Source: Candidatus Enterousia sp.
GTDB lineage: Bacteria; Pseudomonadota; Alphaproteobacteria; Rs-D84
Direction: 5' to 3'
Length of the DNA stretch: 53,246 bases
Assembly (NCBI GenBank): GCA_045613315.1
Contig: JAZLAV010000021.1
Location: forward strand, 1-53,246
The notes below the pieces were generated by a model. It had not been told where the DNA came from. It saw only the letters and a list, made by a program, of their open reading frames with translations, and made no database searches. Within the stretch, counting starts at the first letter, position 1, and each line of letters opens with the position of its first letter. Shown one piece after another: positions 38,501 to 47,370 of this stretch. A program made the position numbers and the translations under genes.

Positions 38501-41389
38501 CTGGTCAGAACCATCGTTGGACAGGTTCGCAACATTATAGTTTTCCAACACACCGGTTGACGCGAACGTATCGCCCGAAATATTCGCGACACCCGTATTG
38601 GTCAGTGTTTCGGAATATGTCGTTGGGTCGGAATAAAGGATACCGGCATTACGGACATTAACCCCAAGCAACGAATCGTTAATATACAGAACACCCGTTG
38701 CGGCATTGTTCAATGTACCGGTTCCAGACAACTTCAAATCGTTGATTTCAACCGTTGCACCGTCGGCAACCGTCAAATCCGCCGCCGCCAGTTCCAGCCC
38801 ATTGTCGGTCGATTCCGTGCCGGCACCATTAAGAACAAATGTATGTTGCAACGATTTAGCTGTATTCAACGATTCGTCGGTGGTCAATTGATAATTGATT
38901 TCATTAACCGTTGCCGATGCATCGGCCGCAGTTGCGATGCCACCGTCGAAACCCTGGACCTTTATCATTCCATCGGCCGCCCCAGACGACGCGAAAGTTG
39001 CACCGTTTTCGGATGTCCAGACGGCTTGACTGATATCAACCGTTGCGCCATCGGATACAACCTGAATAGTCTTGGCCCCCTTGCCAACATTGCTGATTAA
39101 ATTACCAACCTTGTAATTAACAGTTGCACCAGATGTCGCCGCGTATTTATCCGCAGACGAATTTATAAAGTCAATATCACCCTTAATCCCGGCACCACTG
39201 GCCAACGTGATTGTTGACGAATAGTCATTAATTAAATCGTCAATCGTGTTGATTGTTGCACCCGATGCAACATTAACCGTTGACCCAGTCAAATCAGCAT
39301 TATTCAAATGCAATTCACCACCATTCAACGCAACGGTTTGATTTTTCAAACTGTTTGCGATTTCAATGGTGCCGACCCCAGCAACATTTAACAAACCGGT
39401 CGTTGTGCCGTTTGTTGTTCCGTCAATACCGCCCGTTAAAGAAATTTTCTTTCCGCTTGCCGTATTAAGATTTACAACACCTGTGTTATATATATCATTT
39501 GCTTCATAACTATCTGCACTTACATATTTGTTTTTATTGCCTTCAAATGTAATGTCGGCTGTCGTTGCATTAAGATTTAAAATACCGCCTTTCCAACTAT
39601 CGTTATATATAGCACCTGCCCAACCACCTACATTATTTTTAAACAATGCCCCAGAACCAATTGTTATATTGCCCGTATTATATATTGCAGAACCAATATT
39701 GCCTTCAAATGTAGCATTTTCACCGATTGTTACATTGTTATCGGCATTATTAATATGAATAGCACCACCATCATCTACTCCACCATACACACCTAACCGG
39801 TTAGTATTATTTCTAAATATCGCGTCGTCGCCAATTGTAAGAGTGGTTTTGCCATTTGACCTATCAGTAATATTAATACCGCCACTGGCACCTTCGTTCC
39901 AACCCGTACCGTGTGCATAGTTTAAATTACTTTCTACTAACAAATTATCACCAATTGTCACATTGTTGTTTCCAAAGAAATACATTGCCCCACCGTTGTA
40001 GGCTTGGTTGTTAGTAAACTCTACATTATTTCCTATTGCCACTGTTCTTTGGGCAGAAGATGTCCCTTCAGAATATATACCACCACCCATTTCACTTGGA
40101 AAGCTTTGTTCATCTACATAGAACGATGTATTACCATCAAACTTTACATTATTTCCGATTGTAAGATTACCAGTATTGGCTATTGCCCCCCCGGCAGTTG
40201 GAGCCGAATTATTTGAGAAAGTTGTACCATCAGATACGGTTAAGGTGCCCCTGTTATCAATTGCGCCACCATAGACAGAAGAGTTGCCATCAAAATCACC
40301 CCCAACCGTCAATGTTCCTGCGTTGTATATGGCCCCACCCGAACTTGTTGCTGTGCCATCGGTAAATCTCGCATTTGCATCCGAATTGATTGTTAATGCT
40401 GCACCGGAATTCACAACTGTACGACCAGTGGATGTCAAAGAATTACTGACCGTCATTTCACCACCAGACACCGTCAGACCATTTGCACCAACGGTCAGAT
40501 TTTCAATCTCTATACCATTAACATCTTGAACAATGACGCTACCACTGTCAACATTTAAATTATTCAACGCAGTATACATACTGCCATTTGTTGCCAATTC
40601 GCCTTTAGTGCGATCAACAGTTGTCGCCGTCCATTTTGCACCGTTTTTAAGGTTTATTGTCGCATTGTCCACTGCCAACTTGGCAACCTCTGGCTTTTCA
40701 TCATCCCAACTGACCAATGTGTTACCTGTCCACGAAGACTGAGCGCCAACCAAATTAATATTAACGTCGGCATTCACACCCGTTCCAGAAGTCGCCTTAT
40801 TATAATTGAAATTTATATCGCCATTAAGAACGGTTTTATTCGCATCCGTATCTTTGTTGATATAAACCTTGGCATCACCACGAGTTAAAATTGCGTCCTT
40901 GCCAGTAATTGTTGTATTACCAACAATATTTAAACGGCCCTCTGAAAAAACGGTAACACCAATCGAATTCGGCGCAGAAATATTAACATCGGTCGCGGTT
41001 AAATTCACTGTAGAAAAAGTGTCCGCCCCATCCGCAGGCGTCGTATTGTTTTGAATCCATACACCTGCATCACCACCGGTGGATGTCGATGTTATATTAA
41101 TTGTATCAGCGGTGATATCAGCAAACTTTGATTGGGCATTCACACCAGTGCCAGTTGAAATCGCACGCAAACCATCACCAGTTGAAGTAATCGTTACGGT
41201 ATCCCCAGCCTGACCTATATTCAACCCCTCTGTCGTAGCAAACTGTATACCGCTAAGTTCGATATCCACCGCCATTGCGGGTGCAGTCGCAATCAGGCCC
41301 AACGCAATTGCGTTGCACAAAATGCCGTGGCGCAGAACTGCGCGATACATGGCGGTTAATTCTTTTAATGTGGTTCTGGTTTGTTTCAT
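35528..41389 (-). CDS. Giant trimeric autotransporter adhesin (YadA-type anchor) with Pmp-like GGAI/FxxN repeats
   Basis: GGAGG RBS; extended signal peptide; GGAIYN/GGAIDN/GGAIAN repeats; C-terminal ANAYTD neck, AGVAGAVAL, GYGYFNGQSAAAFG, terminal F. Confidence 0.9.
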   Translation of the reverse strand: MKQTRTTLKELTAMYRAVLRHGILCNAIALGLIATAPAMAVDIELSGIQFATTEGLNIGQAGDTVTITSTGDGLRAISTGTGVNAQSKFADITADTINITSTSTGGDAGVWIQNNTTPADGADTFSTVNLTATDVNISAPNSIGVTVFSEGRLNIVGNTTITGKDAILTRGDAKVYINKDTDANKTVLNGDINFNYNKATSGTGVNADVNINLVGAQSSWTGNTLVSWDDEKPEVAKLAVDNATINLKNGAKWTATTVDRTKGELATNGSMYTALNNLNVDSGSVIVQDVNGIEIENLTVGANGLTVSGGEMTVSNSLTSTGRTVVNSGAALTINSDANARFTDGTATSSGGAIYNAGTLTVGGDFDGNSSVYGGAIDNRGTLTVSDGTTFSNNSAPTAGGAIANTGNLTIGNNVKFDGNTSFYVDEQSFPSEMGGGIYSEGTSSAQRTVAIGNNVEFTNNQAYNGGAMYFFGNNNVTIGDNLLVESNLNYAHGTGWNEGASGGINITDRSNGKTTLTIGDDAIFRNNTNRLGVYGGVDDGGAIHINNADNNVTIGENATFEGNIGSAIYNTGNITIGSGALFKNNVGGWAGAIYNDSWKGGILNLNATTADITFEGNKNKYVSADSYEANDIYNTGVVNLNTASGKKISLTGGIDGTTNGTTTGLLNVAGVGTIEIANSLKNQTVALNGGELHLNNADLTGSTVNVASGATINTIDDLINDYSSTITLASGAGIKGDIDFINSSADKYAATSGATVNYKVGNLISNVGKGAKTIQVVSDGATVDISQAVWTSENGATFASSGAADGMIKVQGFDGGIATAADASATVNEINYQLTTDESLNTAKSLQHTFVLNGAGTESTDNGLELAAADLTVADGATVEINDLKLSGTGTLNNAATGVLYINDSLLGVNVRNAGILYSDPTTYSETLTNTGVANISGDTFASTGVLENYNVANLSNDGSDQVTFASGATITGTGTTNLVAGQTIFNNTANTNTIKVASGADFTGTLTGGTLDLHNGAIDTIAGTFGGGNVVLDAKLGTTNSADSFTAGANANITEINILGTEYGTADNVTLIVGGKLDENVQINGMNYYTSVVDNDDGTITFSDKLINRSALTTTLADYATTSAMNTALATKQGTLTAGDGIGITSDTISVKSTGTALDFNGSGELYVKTDGTTIESGTSGLNVKAGSIGATQLDSTVNASLALADSALQSTSALNGANLTDSSVTLAKLATIDLSQFDNSTSGFITKDVADLTNYTTTTNMNTALAAKANTADLATVATSGKASDLTFDATHRVVTDDQITAWTAKQDALSGTNKLNTAYIDWSDAQSAALASGIDATKVGQIATNATNIATINTKIGTTDISSVGSTLTAAIAKNASDISTINIGISGLTGNITVESSEATTTNHLTAGTDLAGNVVSVANALATAESNIGGLQTEVGTAQTTAATAGLLSGQKIGDDVNLVSAINTVATTAAGTASNNTFTGTNTFEEQIVAEKGVKFGSDYSINENGVATLASVTAANGFSVDANNTLTSSGLTASAATIAGALEVVGDTTLTGALNANGGVATTTLSTTGDATIGGSLKFAGDATANAIDNGAAAQTTGSATTLATTATVLKSAENADYTGTKVTGSSAGTLSGALNDTNAQVNTNTGDIAKIVNGTTIVAKAYGDEDGNNIKTTYATKAEVTDGVTAVYNQAHDWAESLLGVDVDENVNNQLQNALTSKDVIGSTTTTIADALSNLDAGVKGTQNRLDNHDAAFVTLAAGEGTTGSVKNTVKTNAENATFTNNGNVTSLGSAATVGSALNQLGGVVDGNTAAIATLNGTGDGSVAQAAANAVAEANTYTDTQLSLARVATLADANAYTDRRIESLDKDLSAGVAGAVALSSVAVSGVERGEVSVGAGYGYFNGQSAAAFGAAMGLSDRWSVNAGAGISNADVSFRAGTNYKFKLF

Positions 41390-41473
41390 GGTGCCTCCCC
41401 CTTTTTTCTCTTTTATCCGGTATTGGTTATTGAAATGCAAAAATGGCGTAACCACAATGGTTGCCGCCATTTA

Positions 41474-41839
41474 TTATTTTGACGCCTTTTTGTTTGTTGC
41501 CTGATTCGTCGCGGGCGCGTTTTGCGGAACAACACGACAAAGTGTTATAGATGATGAAATAACCTGGGCCGATGGTTCATCCGCAAATTCCAATATGTTG
41601 GTCGTTGGACGCGTTCGCATCGAATCCAAAAATTTGTTAAACGCGCGAACCTGGGCATTATTCAGACGATTGTCAACAACATTGGCAAAACACGCACAAT
41701 CCATTCCCGCACCACATTGCTTTTTCAAATGTGAACGCGCACGCGAATCGGATGTCGCAACACAGAACAACGCGCCCAAAACACATACCCCCCCCAGGAT
41801 ATATGCCCCGTGCAACAATAATTTGTTATCTATTTGCAT
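41474..41839 (-). CDS. Small membrane-anchored Cys-containing hypothetical protein
   Basis: N-terminal TM; QC....DCACF; GGGGAAGG RBS. Confidence 0.7.
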   Translation of the reverse strand: MQIDNKLLLHGAYILGGVCVLGALFCVATSDSRARSHLKKQCGAGMDCACFANVVDNRLNNAQVRAFNKFLDSMRTRPTTNILEFADEPSAQVISSSITLCRVVPQNAPATNQATNKKASK

Positions 41840-41960
41840 GACCCTTCCCCGTATATTTTTTATCTTTCCTAACAATTAAAATAGCACATTAAAAATGAAA
41901 CACAACAAATTTCGTGTATATACAAAGCGGTTTTTTATCTGATTACAGATTGCAGAGTCC

Positions 41961-42063
41961 TGTCATCCCGGCCACCGAGCCGGGATCCAGGTAAATAGAG
42001 TGTGGGCGGAACGCCCACTGCATTATTATTACCTGGATTGTCGGGTCAAGCCCGACAATGACA
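41961..42063. repeat. RPE/REP-like palindromic element
   Basis: TGTCATCCCGGC...GCCGGGATCCAGGTAA...TTACCTGGATTGTCGGGTCAAGCCCGACAATGACA; nested hairpins typical of alphaproteobacterial palindromic elements. Confidence 0.8.
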
Positions 42064-42274
42064 AAGGTGGTCAGCGGATTGCCTGCGGCACAGTGGATTC
42101 CCGCCCATGGCTGGGATTACGGTCTGATTCCAAAGAGTCGTCATCCCGGTGGATGCCGGGACAACGGTGCTTAGTTACTTACCAATGCCCCCGTGGTGAC
42201 GCCACCGACATTTCATTCCTATTAAAAAAACAATGCATTGCGTGCATAATAAAAATATAACAATGGGGGGAAAT

Positions 42275-43354
42275 ATGAATATTAAATATGTCGCCGCAAC
42301 ATTTGTCGGCATCTTGGGAATAATAAATCACGGTAACGCATGCACGGGGATTACCCTGCACGCGAAAAACAATGACACCGTCGTTGCGCGAACGGTTGAT
42401 TGGTCACGTACAGAAATGGACAACATGTATGTAATAGTTCCACGCGGACATAATCAAACATCACTTACCCCCGGTGGCAAAATGGACGGCCACAAATTCA
42501 CATCGGTCTATGGGTATGTGGGCATTGCAGTGCAAACCCCAGACTTTGTAATAGACGGTACAAACGAAGCAGGTCTTTCTGCCGGATTGTTCTATTTCCC
42601 GGATTATGGCGAATATCCGTGGTATAATAAAAATGACCGCGAAAACAGTATTGCGGACTTTGAATTGGTGGCATGGATGCTGTCGCGGTTTTCAACAATC
42701 GACCAAATCAAAGAAGCAATCAAAAATATTACCGTCACAAATATTGACCCATCTGCATCCACCGTGCATTGGCGCATTACCGATGCCACCGGCAAGCAGG
42801 TTATTTTGGAATTCGTTGATGGCGCGGCACATTTCTATGACAGCAAAATCGGAACAATTACAAATTCGCCCGGGTATCCATGGCAAATAACAAATCTTAA
42901 CAACTATGTAAATCTGCGACCAGGAACGACGGGGCCGACTAAACTGGGCGAATTAACATTGCGTGCCTTTGGTTCCGACAGCGGTATGCTGGGGCTGCCC
43001 GGGGACTTTACACCACCATCGCGTTTTGTGCGCGCCGCAATGATAAGTAACCACGCACCCCAACAAAAGAACGGATATGATGCCGCAATGAAGGCATTTG
43101 CATTACTGGATAATTTACAGGTTCCATTGGGTGTCGATTTTAACACAGGTAAAATGATAACCGATATGCCATCTGCAACCCAGTGGACAATTGCGACAGA
43201 CCTGGGCAACCGGGTGGTCTATTACCACACGATGTATAATCGCACGATTCGTTCAATTGATATGAAGAATATTGACTTTGCCAATGTCCGGTTCCAGTAC
43301 GCACCACTGGACACGGCCAAGGTGCAAACGATTATTCCGGTAAAAATAAAATAA
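42275..43354 (+). CDS. Choloylglycine hydrolase / penicillin V acylase family (Ntn hydrolase)
   Basis: Signal peptide then catalytic N-terminal Cys (A|CTGI), ARTVDW, DGTNEAGL, TNSP, GLPGDFTPPSRFVR. Confidence 0.92.
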   Translation: MNIKYVAATFVGILGIINHGNACTGITLHAKNNDTVVARTVDWSRTEMDNMYVIVPRGHNQTSLTPGGKMDGHKFTSVYGYVGIAVQTPDFVIDGTNEAGLSAGLFYFPDYGEYPWYNKNDRENSIADFELVAWMLSRFSTIDQIKEAIKNITVTNIDPSASTVHWRITDATGKQVILEFVDGAAHFYDSKIGTITNSPGYPWQITNLNNYVNLRPGTTGPTKLGELTLRAFGSDSGMLGLPGDFTPPSRFVRAAMISNHAPQQKNGYDAAMKAFALLDNLQVPLGVDFNTGKMITDMPSATQWTIATDLGNRVVYYHTMYNRTIRSIDMKNIDFANVRFQYAPLDTAKVQTIIPVKIK

Positions 43355-43358
43355 ATTT

Positions 43359-43382
43359 AAACCGCCCAATCGGGCGGTTTTA
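43359..43382. terminator. Bidirectional terminator
   Basis: AAACCGCCC-AATC-GGGCGGTTT between convergent genes. Confidence 0.75.
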
Positions 43383-43808
43383 TTATTTCGATTTTACATT
43401 GTAATTCGCAATATACCGCAAATATTCCGGATTCATCTTTTGTTTATCAACATCGCCATATGATAACGCAGCAGCCTTGGTTACCGTTTTCAGTGCATAC
43501 GACGGCATATCATGATGAACACGCACACGATATACATCGCGGGCTGGAATATATTTATGGCTTTTGTGTAAAACCGGTTCGAAGCCCATTTGGCGAACAA
43601 TTGTCAACTGCTCGTCTGTTATTTTTTCAAAATATACATACGCCTTGCCATCACTGGCACGAATAATTTCCGGCAAATCACCATACACTTCGGCCAATAA
43701 TACGGCATCAAAATCTGTATTACGAACAAAACCCACCGGCATCGTCGCAACCGGCACCCGAGGTGCAGCCCCCAAAAAAATATTTTTTATACGTTCAATT
43801 ATAGTCAT
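43383..43808 (-). CDS. Hypothetical protein
   Basis: 141 aa ORF with AAGGTG RBS-like sequence; no motif recognised. Confidence 0.7.
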   Translation of the reverse strand: MTIIERIKNIFLGAAPRVPVATMPVGFVRNTDFDAVLLAEVYGDLPEIIRASDGKAYVYFEKITDEQLTIVRQMGFEPVLHKSHKYIPARDVYRVRVHHDMPSYALKTVTKAAALSYGDVDKQKMNPEYLRYIANYNVKSK

Positions 43809-43878
43809 AAAGTCACCTTTGTTTTTGCCACACGATTATATATAAAAAATTATTTTTGTCAACCACCATTTATCCGAA

Positions 43879-46800
43879 CTAGATTCCAACACGGTGACTA
43901 AGTTTCAGCATAAATATGGTTTCGTTTCCGAATTCGTCCGTATTGTTCGGATTTACGCGATACATAAATCCAACCGCACCATCGGTGAACATACCAAAAT
44001 TATGCCTGTATTCCACATTGAAACGCAATTCACGCGTGTCCGCCGACAAATCAATTTCCGCAATATGCGCATTGGCGATATCCAGCGCATAATTCCCGTC
44101 CGCACCATCCACCACACTGTAATCGGCATATGCATATTTTAACGCGCCACGACACACCGCCAACGGTTGCGCCACAGACAACCTTAAATTACCCAAATCT
44201 GCACCAATGCCAAACGCGTTTGATTCCAATGGCGATACACCCAACACAAAATCCCCCGTCCCATCAGTCGTTGTACGCGCAAATGTCGCACGCGCGGTAA
44301 TTCCCAACCAATCGGTGGGGCGTATGCGCAATTCGTTATCGACAAAAATTGTACTCCCCGCCCCCATATTCAACAGACCGTCCGTATATGCGCCCAAAAC
44401 AGTGTTCGTTTCGTTCGCCGAACCAAATGTCGTATCAAATTCAAAATATTTTCCACGCCAACCAACATTTGCGCCCGCCCCGCGCACAAACCCCAGGCGC
44501 GCCGGTGCATAGTTCGCCGCAATTGTTGGGTCATATTCCAATAATGATTCATCCGTTATCGCACCCGAAAAGGCACGCGCACCAAACGACCATTGGCCGA
44601 AATTATATTCTGCATCCGACACAACCGCATTTGATGCCAACCCCAAAATCGGGTTGGACATTCCCGAAAAACGCGACACCCCGTCGGTCAAATGACGCTG
44701 ATACCCCGCGGCCAGGTTCCAATTACCCGTGGTCCAATCCAGTTTCATATTATCCAGACCGCCCATATTATCGTTATATGCGCGTGGCGACACCGCCATC
44801 GAAAAACCCAATTGTCCAATCTGGACACGATTATCATCCGCAGTGCGCGTTTTCAATTCACCCAACACATCGCCCATATAAAGCCCGTGCCGTGAATTCG
44901 TCCCCAACGCAAATTCATTTGTCCAAACGCGTGGCAACGACAATTCGCCATCTACACTGGTTAACACATCAAACGCCGCCGTACGCAGTGTTGCATTACG
45001 CGCACCAAATGCCGCTGCGGAACGAAACGCCGTATTCGACGCCGCGCGCCAATACGCGTTGCCGGAACTGGACACAATGTCCGATCCATTATAATAATAA
45101 ACACTTTTACCCGGTGTTGTTGCACGTTCAAGATTTATCAAACCATAACCAAACACTTCCTTGAACGCATCCAAATAATCCATTTTTCCTTTTTCAACAT
45201 AAAACTGATATTCATTGGGTAATGCATACAATCCCTGAAGATACGATGTCAGTGAATCAGTCGTAAACGCGGTTCCGTCGTCATTCGACCCCAGATATGC
45301 ACCGTCCGCCGTTAACGCAACCAGGGCAAATATTTGCTGGTTAGTCATGTATGAAAATGCAGATTTTACCGCACCAAACGCACCCGCCGCCGCAGCCACC
45401 GCCAATTCATCCGTCATACCCGTCGCTGCAAAGCACCACGGATCAATGCCACCCGCCCCGGTTCCCGCAATACCACACATACGCGCACGGTAATATGTAT
45501 CGTCGGATGTATCATCAGTCGTTCCATTGGTGTTTTGCCATTGGGTCAAAATATATTTATTTGCTGGCGTATACCCCGACACAGACGATGTGCCGTTTGT
45601 CCCGGTTCCTTTTTGTCCCACGGCCACAATTGATGCAAACAAATGTTCCACATTGTCATAAATCAACGGTGCCACATTTTCAAATGTTGCCGAATATGCG
45701 CGTTTCGAATACGAAGAATCGGTTTCCACCGCACCGGTTGAAAACAGGACAATCGGCGAATACGACGACCCCAAACCACTGAAAAACGTTTGTGCATTTG
45801 CGCCTTGGGTGGATGTGTTGGCGGTCGCATTATAATATTCGTTCACAAGATTTACATATTCGTTTTGGTAATCGGTGGAACTGGACGCGTCTTTTGACAA
45901 AACAGCATCCATATCCGCAGCATCCACGTCATGCATTGGTTCAATCACAGATGCGTTTGCCAAAATATTTGGACGCGACCGCCCCAACGTTGTTGTATCG
46001 CCCGCGGCATAAAGAACCGCCCCGGCCAACAACGCGCGATAATTCATATAATCCATCGCGTCGCCATTATTATCCACGCCACCGCCCGTGCGAAAAATCG
46101 TTAATTGCCCGTTTGGCATAAATCCCATAAAATCTGCGGTGTCCCCGGTTGTTATGGATCCCGCCACCACTTTGGCCAACAAATTATCCATATCTGTTGC
46201 CGACGTATTATGAATTGCCGTGCCATTACCCGACAAATCGAACGATGCAACCAGTGTAGAATCTTCTTCTGTTGTGTCATCGGTCAATGTTGCTGTATCT
46301 GTTCCATAATTTATTTTGTTATTATAGTATTTACTGGAAATCATATCGTTGGACGCGGCATTCACTTCTGTTCCGTTGTTATTAAGTGTTGTCCATGGCA
46401 AAAATTTATCCGCCAACGATGTATCATCCGCCACGTTAATCCCGTTAGCAGTGATTAACGCAACGTTAATCGGCCGTCCCCCCAACACGGGATCGTTCCC
46501 CAAATTATTATCCAAAACGCTAAGTGGTGCCTTGGTCGTTTGATTTCGCAACGTTGACATACCCAAATATCCGCGCGCCAATGCCGAATACCCCCGCATC
46601 ATAAGCAGATAGTTTTGTCCATATGTATTCGTCATTAAATTAAAGTTTTTATAGAAAATACTGTCCGTACTACTGGTTGGGCTGTATACATCCAGTGCAG
46701 TTGTATAATTATAATCATCTGCCAACGATGCCGGGCCATCGGGCATCGTAAATGCGGCCGTTGCACTGGTACTGCCACTGCCACCATTGGAACCAGAACC

Positions 46801-47265
46801 ATGCGAACCGCTGGACGATGATGATTTATTATCATTTCCCGGATTCAGCCAATCCGTCAGCAAGAAAATACCCCCAACGATAACGGCGGCCCCCGCCGCC
46901 GTTAATGTTATGCTTTGGGCAGAAGATAACCCGCCGAACAACCCACCACTGTTGCCGGTTGGTTTATTTTTGGAATTATACTGCTTAATCTGACGATCGC
47001 ACTTTGATGCATCGGCGCCATACATTTGTAATATCTGGGCCGCGCGCACATCATTATTCATCAACGCGGTACAAACCAACGACAACCCCGTTGAATCGAC
47101 GTAATTTACATCCGCGCCATTGTTAATAAGTGCCTGAACCTGTTGAATATCGGCATTTTTTGCTGCGGACAACAACTGGGCCGCGACCATAAAATCATTG
47201 GTTGCCCCGAACGATACAGTCGGCACCAAGAACAGCAAAAAACCGAAAATCCGCATAAATTTCAT
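43879..47265 (-). CDS. Exported protein: ankyrin repeats + degenerate S8 subtilase-like region + C-terminal beta-barrel-like domain
   Basis: Signal peptide; VQALINNGADVNYVDSTG; CG...DPWCFAATG...FSYMTNQQI...FGYGLINLERA; amphipathic beta-strand pattern to the C-terminus. Confidence 0.75.
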   Translation of the reverse strand: MKFMRIFGFLLFLVPTVSFGATNDFMVAAQLLSAAKNADIQQVQALINNGADVNYVDSTGLSLVCTALMNNDVRAAQILQMYGADASKCDRQIKQYNSKNKPTGNSGGLFGGLSSAQSITLTAAGAAVIVGGIFLLTDWLNPGNDNKSSSSSGSHGSGSNGGSGSTSATAAFTMPDGPASLADDYNYTTALDVYSPTSSTDSIFYKNFNLMTNTYGQNYLLMMRGYSALARGYLGMSTLRNQTTKAPLSVLDNNLGNDPVLGGRPINVALITANGINVADDTSLADKFLPWTTLNNNGTEVNAASNDMISSKYYNNKINYGTDTATLTDDTTEEDSTLVASFDLSGNGTAIHNTSATDMDNLLAKVVAGSITTGDTADFMGFMPNGQLTIFRTGGGVDNNGDAMDYMNYRALLAGAVLYAAGDTTTLGRSRPNILANASVIEPMHDVDAADMDAVLSKDASSSTDYQNEYVNLVNEYYNATANTSTQGANAQTFFSGLGSSYSPIVLFSTGAVETDSSYSKRAYSATFENVAPLIYDNVEHLFASIVAVGQKGTGTNGTSSVSGYTPANKYILTQWQNTNGTTDDTSDDTYYRARMCGIAGTGAGGIDPWCFAATGMTDELAVAAAAGAFGAVKSAFSYMTNQQIFALVALTADGAYLGSNDDGTAFTTDSLTSYLQGLYALPNEYQFYVEKGKMDYLDAFKEVFGYGLINLERATTPGKSVYYYNGSDIVSSSGNAYWRAASNTAFRSAAAFGARNATLRTAAFDVLTSVDGELSLPRVWTNEFALGTNSRHGLYMGDVLGELKTRTADDNRVQIGQLGFSMAVSPRAYNDNMGGLDNMKLDWTTGNWNLAAGYQRHLTDGVSRFSGMSNPILGLASNAVVSDAEYNFGQWSFGARAFSGAITDESLLEYDPTIAANYAPARLGFVRGAGANVGWRGKYFEFDTTFGSANETNTVLGAYTDGLLNMGAGSTIFVDNELRIRPTDWLGITARATFARTTTDGTGDFVLGVSPLESNAFGIGADLGNLRLSVAQPLAVCRGALKYAYADYSVVDGADGNYALDIANAHIAEIDLSADTRELRFNVEYRHNFGMFTDGAVGFMYRVNPNNTDEFGNETIFMLKLSHRVGI

Positions 47266-47370
47266 AAACTTCTCTCTGTACGCATAATCTTAACACAGAT
47301 TCCGCAACCCTGTCTAGCAAAAAATAAATCCCCGTGCGAACACGGGGATATTTTTATGTCAATCAAAGAT

